Shown here piece after piece: positions 1 to 12,100 of a stretch of 64,000 nucleotides of DNA. The first letter of the stretch is position 1. Every line of letters starts with the position of its first letter. Under the pieces are notes generated by a model. It did no database searches and was not told the origin of the DNA. It saw nothing but the letters and a program-made list of their open reading frames with translations. Origin of the DNA: Phoronis australis. Taxonomy: Eukaryota; Animalia; Phoronida. Where the stretch lies: contig NMRA01000163.1 in NCBI GenBank assembly GCA_002633005.1, forward strand, positions 218,071 to 282,070, given 5' to 3'. The position numbers and the translations under genes are program-made.

Positions 1-458
1 AAACAGGAAGAAGACATTGGGCTGTTTACATGTATCAGCAGACTGAACCAGTATTTAACGAGATCGCGAGACATAGCAACTCGCTTCATGCTTTACACCC
101 TCATGTAGCGCTATTTTTGAAAATCATCGTTTTAGTTCAGATCTTGGGTGAAACATGCTTTCATTGTTTAATACAGCAACATAGCATCCCTAAATACACA
201 GTCATGTTTACACCATGGACTTAATGTCATACACTTATCACTTCATGGGAAAATAATCACAGACACTTACTTGACAAATTCGAGTTTGAAGATTGTGACT
301 GAGACTTGACAGAATTATTGAAGCCATGTTGGGGCTGGCTCTGAGTTATACTTAATGTTTTACCACACTGCATGGCATCTGCAGTGTACTTGTACTTATT
401 TAGAGTCATACAGACTTGTGTGAAGATACCTCAACACAACACATCTTTACAAACTTAC

Positions 459-2982
459 CTCATGGAATTTTGTTGCAAACAAGTTAAGGGATGTAACAAT
501 GCCACCATTTGGACCTAACGAATACCTGAAAATTCATTAAGGTAAATAACAAGCACAATAATGACCAAAGTAAAGGGGTTTTCACAAGGGCCCAATTGTC
601 GAGACCCTTTGTTATGAACTTTGTTAACTTGTCTTGGGCCTCTCACGAAGTGCTCCTGATTTTGCACCCAGAGACCAGTAAGGCATACGGGCAATCATGT
701 TATTGAGATTGCCATTTTTTATCAAACATAAAAAACTAAAATTGTCAAAAATGCACAGTAACAGATGGATCCGTGTGAAAGGAGCTGTCAAGTGTTGTCA
801 CATTCATAGGAAAAGAGTTACTGAAATTCACAAAGATCCTGCATGGGTTTTAGGAGATACAGTTGTGGATGCAAGGCCACATGACAGTACTCGGAAAATC
901 AACATCAGTCATGCTGTTTCCATAAGGAAAACGTCTACCAATTTTCTTAATGAACCTATGAGCCATTTGACCATTGTATACATGTAAGCAGGACAGTGGT
1001 AGTCACATCTCTTTGAAACTCATTTTCATCAGGTGTCGCATTCATAGACAAATACTTGACAATTTCCACAAAGATGCTCCAAGAGGTTAAAGAGATACAG
1101 ATGCAGAGGTAAAAATCAAAACTAGCACCAGGGAATGCAACTGCAGATTTACTCCTCTGAAAATTATCACAACACATGGTCTTCCAGGCTGAAACACATC
1201 TGTCAATTCTCGTGATCCTTTGAGCAGTTCAGCAGATATCGTAAATAATAAAAATGGCCACAGGTGGACCACAATACAGTTGCCAATTTTCATAAAAATC
1301 TGTCAAGCAACCCTGAAGATAATGTACAGACTGAGGCAAATGTAAAATGGCACTAAAATTGCCACTAAACGGGGCAAGGCAAACCACTTATCAGGTCCAT
1401 CCAAAAGTTGCTGTCACATCTGCCAATTTTCACAAAGATTCTCCAATAGGTTCAGACATACAACAGTGGATGCTGGATGCCCAGACGGAGAAGACAGCAA
1501 TATGCACCCACATGCATATGTGCGTGCATAAAAATCAGATTAACACTTTCCAAAATTCCAAGTAAGTATGGAGTGGTTTGTGACTACTTTGTCAAATGTG
1601 TGACGTCCCAATGTAAAGGCTACGGCTGATAGATCGTTCAGAATCACCCGTCATTCTTCAGATGTCCCATGTTGCCTCGTTGTTGCCCAACCCACTGAGA
1701 ATAAAAGGTAGCTTGCCAGAGGAACATCTAATCGAAATAGTGTTGTATGCACCACAGAAATGCAAACTGGTGTGGAAAGGATACTGTTTCATGACTTCTT
1801 TGAAGTTGACTGTATCTCGTATATCTGAAACAAGATCAACCCGTAGTTTTGACATACGTGTGTCCATCACAAACAGCAAGGTTCTCATTACTACGAACTT
1901 AGGTTTCTGCAACTTGTCTCGCCACATCAAAACTGGCTAAGTTTAAAGTAAAATAATATAAAACAATGAAGCGAATTATTGAGCCAAAAATGCCACCCAA
2001 CTGTGTGCTCCAATTCGACAAAAGAAAAACCATTGAAAACAAGAAGGGTGAACAGGCCTTGCTTCATAACCATTGCGAAATTGAACCGAAGTATCAGCAC
2101 TCAGCTAAGTGAAAAAGGATATCGCAAGAAAATAGTTATTTCCTGCGTATTCACATTTCAAACACAAGTTATTCCACGACATCCCCTAACAGGTCATAGC
2201 AAATACAAAAGACTACAATTAATTTAAACCAACTTGGCCATTCACTTCAAGAGGGGTTGAAATCAACCAAGACACAAATTGGAGATGGTTGAACCAATGC
2301 TATCATGGCAAAGAAAATTTAGCACCACCAGGCATTTTCCTACAAAATGCAGAGTATGAAATCTAAAAATCACCCTTGTCCCAATCAGGAAACTTCAATT
2401 TCCCAAATTTTAGGAATTACTATATTGGAGATTTTTTACCATGATACTTCAACAGTAACATGTCACTAAATGGGAGTGCACAGTTCATTTATGATCAAAA
2501 GCAACTGACCTGAAATCAGATTGCAACTGCCAGTGCAGGACTAAGTTTTCTTGGTGGGCCTTAAGCTGTGAGAATTCTGGATGCCCAACACTAGTCACCA
2601 CAATTTTCTGACCATCCCCCCCTCCCCAGTCATCACAATTCTAAGCCAGTCAGGCTACCTAGTCAGCCAAATTTTGACCCCACCCTTGATTGCCACAATT
2701 ATTTGTCCATTTGGTGGTTACAAGGCACCGTCACGTTTTATGTGATGCCTATTAAGCTTAAAAATTGTTCTTAATTGACTTTGTGGATAATCCAGCATTG
2801 GCAACTACAGTACTGCAACTTTAAAAACATTTTACCAAACCAAATTCTGTAAAACTGAATGCTTCCATTAGAAATGTGATTGGCTTACCTATGTTAGCTG
2901 GATATGGCACTTCGAAAACAGCAGGATCCAGGTTGATTACATAAGGTGGGGTCTTCTTTGCATGAAGATGGGCAGTTATTCT
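459..2982 (-). CDS. GPN1: GPN-loop GTPase 1, partial (three internal exons; continues beyond window start; P-loop first exon not located)
   Basis: Minus-strand exons 2982-2889 ([31 protein letters not shown]), 1824-1785 ([13 protein letters not shown]) and 525-459 ([23 protein letters not shown]) splice in frame with AG/GT boundaries. They closely match the conserved GPN1 N-terminal half, including the GPN loop (GPNGGI). Confidence 0.93.
526..1784 (-). other. U12-type (minor spliceosome) GT-AG intron of GPN1
   Basis: Donor CA|GTATCCTTTCC at 1784 matches the U12 consensus RTATCCTTT. A U12-like branch site TTACCTTAAT (545-536) lies about 10 nt before the acceptor TTTTCAG (526). The splice keeps the KQY reading frame. 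Confidence 0.88.
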
Positions 2983-4883
2983 CTAGAACAGTGAACAAAG
3001 GATATATTAATAGTTATTTATGACTCTTCTCTTCATTTGGACAAAAGTCAGAAAAGGTTTCAAAACCAGAAACTTTAACCTGATAGACATTTGACAATCG
3101 ATCACCTGACAACAGATTGGCAGAGTCAGTGCACCGAGAAACACTGTGCTGTACTGCTAAATCATATGGCTGGAACAAAATACGGAAAAAAACCTTTGCA
3201 TCGGGAAATCTTATGGCCTCACCAAATAGATGCTATCCGACAGTCCTGAAAAAAATCATTGTGCGTGGAATTTCTAGACCACGAGCCTCGCCGCTATGTC
3301 GGTATTAAGCCGTGGCTGTACACTTCAAACTTCCGCAGTGCTTTAAAAAGAATGCAAAAGTTTTGCTAAATGGGAGGAACGTGTCCCATTATGGTCAGGC
3401 CTTTCAGAACATACGCAGAGTACTGGTCAACGGGATTGTATTGTATCTTTCCCGTACAGATCTTCTCCCTCAACAGGAATCTAGATTACTTTGTACATGT
3501 ATAAACCACGAATCGAAACTTGACCAGCATTAATGAGCACGTGGCCAAGAAGCGCGCTACTCTGATGACGCACGCGCTCGCTCACTCAGCGCAAACCCGC
3601 AGACTAACATCAAAACAAACGTCACGTGACAACAACTTGTGTTCGTCTAGATTTTTCTCGTGTTGCGGGGTCTAGCGCAGATTTGGACTTAATCTGCGAT
3701 TATTCCCGACTCCACAGAAACTTAAAAATCTTAAGGACGCTATTTGGTAAGAAACCAATTTACGAGGAAAATTTTATGGCAAATCCAATTTTCCGTGGAA
3801 AACTTTTCGAACAAGCGATAGCACATTCAGTTACAAGGAAAAAATGGCGGCGTTCAGGACAAGTTCCTGAACTGATGAGCCGGAGATGTGGGTACAGAAA
3901 TAACCGATGACAGGTGGTAATTATCTGCTCACAGAGAAGGGTCAAATACAAGTAAAAAGCTCTTGTGGCGCAAAAGGCAAAAAGAGTATAACGAAAGGGT
4001 ATCAAAAATAAGATTTTATTTATTAAGTATTTTCTGATACTGGACCACATTGGCATTTTAAGACAAGGACTTTAAGATTAGAAAAACACGTATATTTGTG
4101 AAAGATGATGTATGTCCGTGACATCACATGAGCAGTTGCTAACGGACATTGGGTAGTTTGGCAATCAGCTGCTTTTTATGCTTATATTCACGACTAGGTC
4201 ACCAGTGTTTACATCCACTATAGGGAACTACAGTTAACGGCAACCCAAAAAGTGGAGTTGGAATTCTACACCAAAGTCAACTTAATTCTCACAACTAAGC
4301 TTCATCGAAGATATGTATAGAAGTAGAAAGGACANAAGGCGCAGACGGACAGTTCACAGACCTGAATGTGCCGTACCCCGTATTCTTAGTCCTCCCGCCT
4401 TTTTGTAAGCAACAGGTCCACTTCGTCGATATATTCGAGCCCATCACCCCCATTACTAAGGCTGGGTGCGCGCATCATGTTAAGTAGACGTTATCAGACA
4501 CGCTCAACGACCGCTCTAACACTCGGCTGGTGAAATTCCTGAGCTGGAGAACGTCCTAATCAGGGACTTGACAATTTAAATATTGGCATTAAAACAATGC
4601 AGGGTATTTTTTGTTCTGTGCAAAGAGTTTATGCAGTCTCTCATGAACACACATTTGCTCCTTTATATACCGGAACTTGTGTCACAAAATCTAAGAAAGT
4701 GGTAAATCCGACTGTATCCGTCGCCTTTTTTTTGTTGTTGTCCGTTGTTTTCCAGACGACACCGATTTTCTGAGGTCTGATATCAATCTTTGTTTTGTGA
4801 AGCGCCAGTCCCGTTCTTGGCCGATGCTGGCTCACTAGGCAAACGCCGTCTATTACCTACCAAAATGAATACATTGTGTTAAA

Positions 4884-5025
4884 CAGTGGCGGATATAGAG
4901 ATCGAGGGGCCATGCCCCTCCGCCCATTCTATTTGGAAGAACGGGGGTGCGAATGTCTGACAGGCAAAGTCCTGGCTAATACTCTGCTCTGCCCCCCTGC
5001 CAACTCACTCCTGGATCCGCCCCTG
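4884..5025. mobile_element. Short MITE with CAG(T/G)GGCGGAT terminal inverted repeats (hAT-like termini)
   Basis: Ends are CAGTGGCGGAT...GGATCCGCCCCTG. Its reverse complement aligns along its length with 40589-40739. Confidence 0.7.
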
Positions 5026-6809
5026 TGATATACAAAAACTTATCGCAGCGTTTTAGCTTCACTTGGCCGGGCATCATACTGTGCGTATTGCGTACACGAA
5101 CTTTTCACGAGGAATTCAATTTCAGAAGGCAACACGCTAAAAATTACCAGTTTCTGTCCTTGACACTTCACTTTTTTGTTTTGACCAGTGTTGTTGTCGC
5201 ATCCATCGCTAATGCGATAATCATCTGAACCACGCAGTACAGAAGCTTAGATTGCGCGATATCCAAAGCCGGGGCAGACGGCGCGCGACACCGGTTGATG
5301 TAGCATTGTCTAACTACAACAATCACTGGCCCGGTCTCCTAATGACTGTTTTCAAAGGCTGGTAAAATTTAAATTATGTTATTAACATGTAATTTGCAGT
5401 GCAATTTTTTATCAACTGAACGTCATTACTTGAGTGAACTTGCCAAGTTTCGGTAGGTATTGGCTAAGTAACTCACTATACAGGATGAACCCAAGCCTAC
5501 GCACATCATTACTCCTGAAAATGATCTTCAGTGCTGACCCGACTGCTCTAAATTGAGGACCCAACTGATCCGCTTTAAACATCGACGTTTTTTGTACAAC
5601 TTTTTTTATTGCCAGCCACTAAAACAACCGTTTCTCAGGTTTAGGCTATTGTATCCGGTCACTGTCAGTTTTCTCCACGAGTAAGCACACGGACAACTCG
5701 GACAAAAATGATATTTAATTGTAATACTGGGCAACAAAAGTAATTGCCGAGTGACCAGTTTTGATGCTGGACTTAGTTTCTTAATTGTAATTAAGTTTCA
5801 ATCGCAATTTAAAATGCCTGCGAATAATAAGAATTATAGACCCTCTCAAGATATCGTTAGCCGTGTGTCATAGCCTCACGGCCGGAATACCTGCCAGACA
5901 GGAAATTGAACAAGCAATTTGATGTTTTCATATAATATAGCACCCACATGCCGGTTAGCCTTTTGCGAAAGTTGCATATCTTGCGCGGCTGTGTGTGCAT
6001 GTCGTGATAACTACTTTATGATAACTTTTGTCAATAAACTGGAGGCCATGACCTTCACGGACCAAAGAATGTCAGTAGCCTTGTAAGTCGGGCTAAAATG
6101 CCGTGTATCGTCCGGGAGCATTCTGAGTGAATGACCATCCTACCATACAAAATCATGAGCAACCTAAAATTGGTGCCGTTTTTTAAAACGAGAATTTCAC
6201 CTTGTGTGGTACACCTGCGGCGGAGAGGACTTTCGCGTGACACAAACTCGATGGGAGAGTTGCATTTTGATTTAAGAGTACTCGACGGATAATCATTACA
6301 TACACTGCGGTAACGTCGCCCCAGCCTTCAGCGCGCGGCTAGCTTTGACACTACCAGAAAATTAGACTCTTGAAGGTACCGCAGGTAGGGCTGGACTACT
6401 GAGTGATTTCTACCAATGAGAAATAATGGAGATCAAACTGGTTCACAAAATCCGGGATCCTGTAGTTAATTGCGTATTATTTCAGTGGGCCAAACTGGAT
6501 TCATATCGTGTCCTAATTGTAAACTTGTAGTCCATTCTATAGTACGAACCGAAATTTTCGAAAATACACCAGTCAAAGTACGCTCCATGATCGCCTTATT
6601 ATCGGAACATGTATACCAATTAACTTGAAGTACGCCCATGTGTGTGTCTTCTCCGTAAATGCTGCATGCTTTAGAAATTTGATGGATCAAATACGTACAT
6701 GAAAGGAATTCTACGTTGGCACACCCACCAGTCGAACGTGGGCAACTTTGGAGATCGGTTTGGGTATCTCGAAATTTGCCCGCGGTAGTAAGACACCATT
6801 GAGTTAATT

Positions 6810-7135
6810 GAATCGCCTCATGCTGCTGATGTTATCGCTTTCAAGACAATAAGGCCATCATACATGAAAACAAACTGGAGGTGACAACTGCAGTTTTAAA
6901 TTTTCGCTTCGACATTGTTTTATATAATAGCACATTTGAATAGTTCGTGAACAGTGCACTATTGTTTAATTTTGAAAACTATACAAGGAATGTGACTTTT
7001 ACAACATAAAACTTTTGGATAATCCTGTCACATAATTATCGTCATTAGTTTTACTGGGTGTGCAACGTAATTGAGCCAATTACCAAACCCCCAGGCAGAG
7101 TTGATTTTGATGTCTAAGCCAAGCTCATATACAGT
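6810..7135 (+). repeat. Dispersed repeat, inverted copy at about 11520-11840
   Basis: Shared blocks such as caaggaatgtgacttttacaac and caattaccaaac...caggcagagttg appear reverse-complemented in LRRC14-like intron 3. Confidence 0.7.
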
Positions 7136-9170
7136 TTTTGGCATGGTATATGTAGTAACACGTTTTAACGTAAAATTGCTTTGTACTTTACGATCACGAT
7201 TTCACTCAAATGAGTATTATTTAACGAGATATTGGGTGATTAGTGTTGGCGAAAACAGTATTACCACAGTGTGAAGAACAGTACGTTTTAACAGTGCACC
7301 TCAGTGTTTCACTTGTGGAATGTCACTGAAATCAGTGGAGTGCCACTAATAAGCTTACTAAATATTTATCAAAAAGACGACACGTTTCATAAACTACATG
7401 TATTTGACACAGCTTCTGAAAATAAACCTGGGTGTATGCTGCGTTCAATTTGACTTTTTCGTTTAAAGCTCATTTGCCGATTATCCGCCCAGTACGTCTT
7501 CGGAATGAGTCTGCATAACTTATGGCTTGGCTTTGCGGTTGCCTCGTTGTTCTGTGTGTTTGATTTAAAAATTGGATCCAAATAAATGCGGTAATTCCGT
7601 GTTGCATTATTTATCGAGACGTACCTCGGTTTATTTTTCTGCCACCCAGTTCCGTCAAAGTTTTTGTAGTTACCAACAGCCACCCAGCTCCGTGGGATTG
7701 GCTTTGTGGTTCGACTGCACCGGAAACAAAATGAGTCAATGTTTTGGAAGTCTTGACGGGATGAAGTACTGTTTGCTACTTCCTGCATTCGGGCTTTGTG
7801 AGTGCGCAAGCTTTTCTGCAAGTTCTATTGTTTTATAACGAACACAGTTTAAACATGTGGACCCCGTCACCGTGTGCCGCTGTGGTCTAGATGACATTGT
7901 TTTTACTCATCAAAAATCAAGTTTGGAAGTTCGGGTAGGTAGTGCGTGTACAGTATAATTGTCTACCCAATGGCAATGACAGTGTCTGGTTGATAATTAA
8001 TAAGGTTCACGACTGCACGCCACAAAACAAGCCTGGCAGAGATCGTTGAGATAAAGTTACTTTGCCTGAAATGTATTTCGAGAGTTGAGGTCAGGGATTG
8101 TGTCAGATTTTTTATTGGTCATGGTGATCAAGGTCCAAACTTCAAGATACTTTTTCTATATCTCCTAAAGTTTGTTTATCAGTGTAGCAATGGTTGGTAG
8201 GCATTGATGTAAGTAAGTAGACAGTGACCACAGTCTCTATATTGGCTCTGCAGTAGAAACTGTAAAGCTCCTATAACATAACGTTATATTGTTGTGATAG
8301 ACCGTCCCGCTGTATCAGGCAGGTGAGTACGGACGGTCAGAAACAGCAGGTCTTTCCGTTCAAACTCTTTATTGAACATTAATCTGATTGTGTTAAGATA
8401 AGAGCTGCTTGAAGAATTAGGACATTTGATTTAAATTTCTGCCGTTTTTGTGGTCAGAGTCGATATTTGAATTTCTCATAAAAGATTGAGTTAGGACAAT
8501 TTTCTCCCGCAAAAATCGGTCGAGTTTTGTGGGAGATAGTTGACAACCTGATGCCAAATGAGGCCAGTGTGAATGAAAGTAGTTCACCACTGGTCAGACC
8601 GAATTACCACAGGCAAAATGACATTATGATACACCGGAAGCTTTTCGGCGATTTATGCCTTGCACTGATTGTTATAAATATCGTTTGCTCACAAGGGACA
8701 ACTTAGGAGGCCGTTGATGTATGTAATTCCTTCCAACTCGAACAAATACTCGTGTTATCAAACTTTTTCTTCGAGTAGTCCCTCGTTGAGTTCCCAAAAT
8801 TGGTAACTCATCATTTTCACTCTGTGTGCGCCAGGGGATATGACGTCATACCACCATATTGTATATTCATTAGGTCAGGTGATGTGGCCACAGGTGGCTT
8901 GTTGACCAGACTTAAAAATGTTTGCAGTAAACATTTAGGCTGTGAATGTTTCATATCTTTGATGGATAGCATACATGATTACAATTGCTTATTGGAGCAA
9001 CAGTTATGTGTGAGTAGCTAATTTACTCAGTTTTCATGCACCGGGACCTGAGAAATTCAAAGAGACTCCACAGTCACTTTATGATTGGACACTGTAGCAT
9101 GTCGGGTATGAGGATAATGTTTCTATTTTCAGGCAAGATGATTTGAATCACTAATCTACTGCCAATCACC

Positions 9171-12100
9171 ATGATGGATGTTATGGAAGTTGTCGACTAC
9201 ACTAGTCGCAATTTCAACCATGATCCAATGGAACGCCACCATCCCTACCACATGACAGAGGGACACTTTATCTATCATCTTGATAAGGATGATGCTTCAG
9301 GTTACATGTATTGTAAGAAGAACTCTCAGGGGCAATTCGTTATGTCTCCAAGGTATTTCTATACAGCATTCACTTCCCAGTTAAACATCTGCCTGTTTTT
9401 AAGCAGTGAAACATTAGCCTGTTGTTAAGCAGTTGGCTCACCCACTACTGACCACCAGTAACTCAATCTAGTGTTTGTTCCCATCTGACAGCCATGTATT
9501 ACTCTTGGTGCCTCAGATGAAAACTTTTCTGCTCCCAATATCTTATGACGTTTTGTTAGCCATTCCCTATGCTAGAAATTAAGACTAATCTGAATTACAA
9601 GGTCAATTTGATGTGTTTTGCATTGGTTGAAGATTTGAATTTGAGTTTTTGTTTAAAGTGACTTGTAAGCCTGTCATGAGACTTAGTGTACTATACTTTA
9701 CTAAGTACATGCACTGCCACTACTTATTCATTCCAGATCGCTATCAGCAATGTGTACATACAAACTGGTCATCAATACAGATTTACTCAAAGAGGTCAGG
9801 GGGCATGACCTCCCTAGCGCCCTCTATCCGAGCATGCTCTCTGAGGCCATTTATCAAAGAGAGGTTCACTCAATTGAAAATCTGGTGTCTACATGGCCAA
9901 TGCCTTCCTTAAGAGTGTATGACATGATTCCATTGGAGGACACATTGGATGCTAGTTACCTCACTAAGAGGCTAGAAGGATTCACCAGTTCTTTACTCGA
10001 CTGCTTCATGCTTGGCCTTCTCAATCTGAAGCCAGAGTCACGTCTTGATTTCATTGATTTCACAGGATTTGATAAGGGTGTGTGTCATCTTTTTTATGAA
10101 AATTTTAAGACCTTGTTTTTTGGTAAGACATTGCCCTAACAAGTGGCTTTGTCATATGTTATGGTAATGACTTTTCAAAGTACAATTCCTGACGTTGAAA
10201 CCACTGCATGTGTAGACATCGGGTATGGATTGAAAGTGTATATTATTCAAATCCATGCCAGTTAAGGGAGATTGCACCAGTAAAAACCTGGGTTCTCATC
10301 TGGTTTGACTATCATTATGTTTTGATAATAATTTATTATTAACGTGTCTTCTTTCCTGTTGATTTTGCATTTGTCAGATGGAATACCATTCTTGTCCAGG
10401 TTAATTCCCCTGTGCATAATTTCCAATTTTTCATTTCTAGATATGCATGCTCAACTTAATGCTCACCTCTAGTTTATGTGATCCAGGCTTTCTTGAATAT
10501 GCCTGTGTCTGTGAACGACCATTTGATGCAAATTTTTGCTCTTGAAATATACGGAATTCATCAACCTTTGAACAGTCCTCTCAAATATCTCGTTTTTAAG
10601 TACCCTTGTTTGGCTAAACCCCCACCTCCTAATTTTTAGTTTCTTATCTTTAGCTCCCTGAGTGTTAATGCCTCCATTTGCAGTAATCCAAGTTTTGAAA
10701 TACAATGAGTTACATTTACTTGATGCATTAAATGTTAGCGTTCCATGATTGTTCCAGATGTATTTCACAGTAGGGCGGGTGGATTTGGTGTGTCATACCA
10801 TCTCAGATTTATCTTTCTTTGAAGAATCTGATTTCTTGACCTCTGAACGTATGTGTAGTCTCACTATATTATTTCTTCATTTCAGATCCAGTGTTATGTC
10901 GAGAATTACTCCGCCTACCAATTATATGGTTGAAGCCAGAGAACAGATCTGTGGACTCTATTCATGAGCACCTTTCACCTACCCTTGGTAAGGAGTTAGA
11001 ATGCATGCTTGAAACCTAATACCCAATAACTAGTTATTATGAAATGGAGGTTCAACTTGAAATGGATTTTGCTCAAGCTAAAATTTAATATTTGTAAATG
11101 AAAAGGAATCGTCCAGTCTCTTCAGTTCCATAGAAACAGTAAATTATACTGGGTGTCCCAAAAATGTACTCACTTTGAATGACAACTACGTCATTTATTG
11201 ACATAGGAACAAGAAAAATGATTTTAGAGGATTCGACGATCACCAACTTTAAATCATTTGCCATTTTTATTTCAAATCATATAATTCAATTTGATAAATG
11301 CTGATTTTGCATTTAGTTTTTGTTATTATGTCCTTTTAGCATTTGACATAAAATTTCACAATGACGTCATACTAAACTACATGTATAGGCAAACCCAAGA
11401 GTAGACATTAAGTGTGTCTTAATTCAAACTGCAATTTTGAATTCATTAAGAAGAAACTTCTTGTCAAGAATGTTCACATCAAATAAATTTAATTTTTCAA
11501 TGTTAATGCTAAGAATTGTTTGATGACACTCGGCTTACCTCAAAATCCAACTCTGCCTGGCAGTTTGGTAATTGACACAATTATGTTGCACACCCATCAG
11601 AATTAAGAAAAACGTATTATTGGAACATTGAAAAATTTGTTTTAGGTTGTAAAAGTCACATTCCTTGTCCAATTTTCAAAATTAAAAAACCTAATCACGT
11701 GTGCTTTTCACAAAGTATTCAAATATGCTATTTACTAACTTTCAAAATAGAAATATACAAATACTATTGTAACCCCTAATGTGTTTATGATGGTCTCATT
11801 ATCTAGAGAATGATAACTTTCAGCAGCCTGAGGCGATTTGGTTTCCAAAGTAAATTCATTGTTTATCAACTTGGAAAGAGGATTTGTTGTTTCTCACTCC
11901 TTTGACATCTCTGAGTTACCAGTAGCGTTGTACAATAAGATTTCTTTTTCCATAATTCAGCCGTTTGTTTGCCAGCCCCTTCATACAGAGCATATGAATG
12001 CTCTCCTTGCACATAATTTTAAACAATGTGTAACCATGTGTAGTAGACCCTGGGGCAGAGTTGTAGTAGACCCTGGGGCAGAGTCTGGTCCACAGGAACT

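Noticed and set aside
4641-5230. Possible third THAP remnant on the minus strand (GCDNN...VIFSVLP; GANVCS)
   Set aside because: Motifs are scattered across frames and interrupted by a MITE; too weak to call without an HMM search.
7387-7821. 144 aa minus-strand ORF with a GT donor-like site near 7624
   Set aside because: No recognisable domain and it cannot be joined in frame to GPN1; may be chance or a non-coding exon.
12040-12083. Two-copy ~21 bp duplication GTAGTAGACCCTGGGGCAGAG (a similar two-copy duplication lies at about 41685-41722)
   Set aside because: Simple slippage duplications without spacers; not CRISPR-like, and this is a eukaryotic genome.
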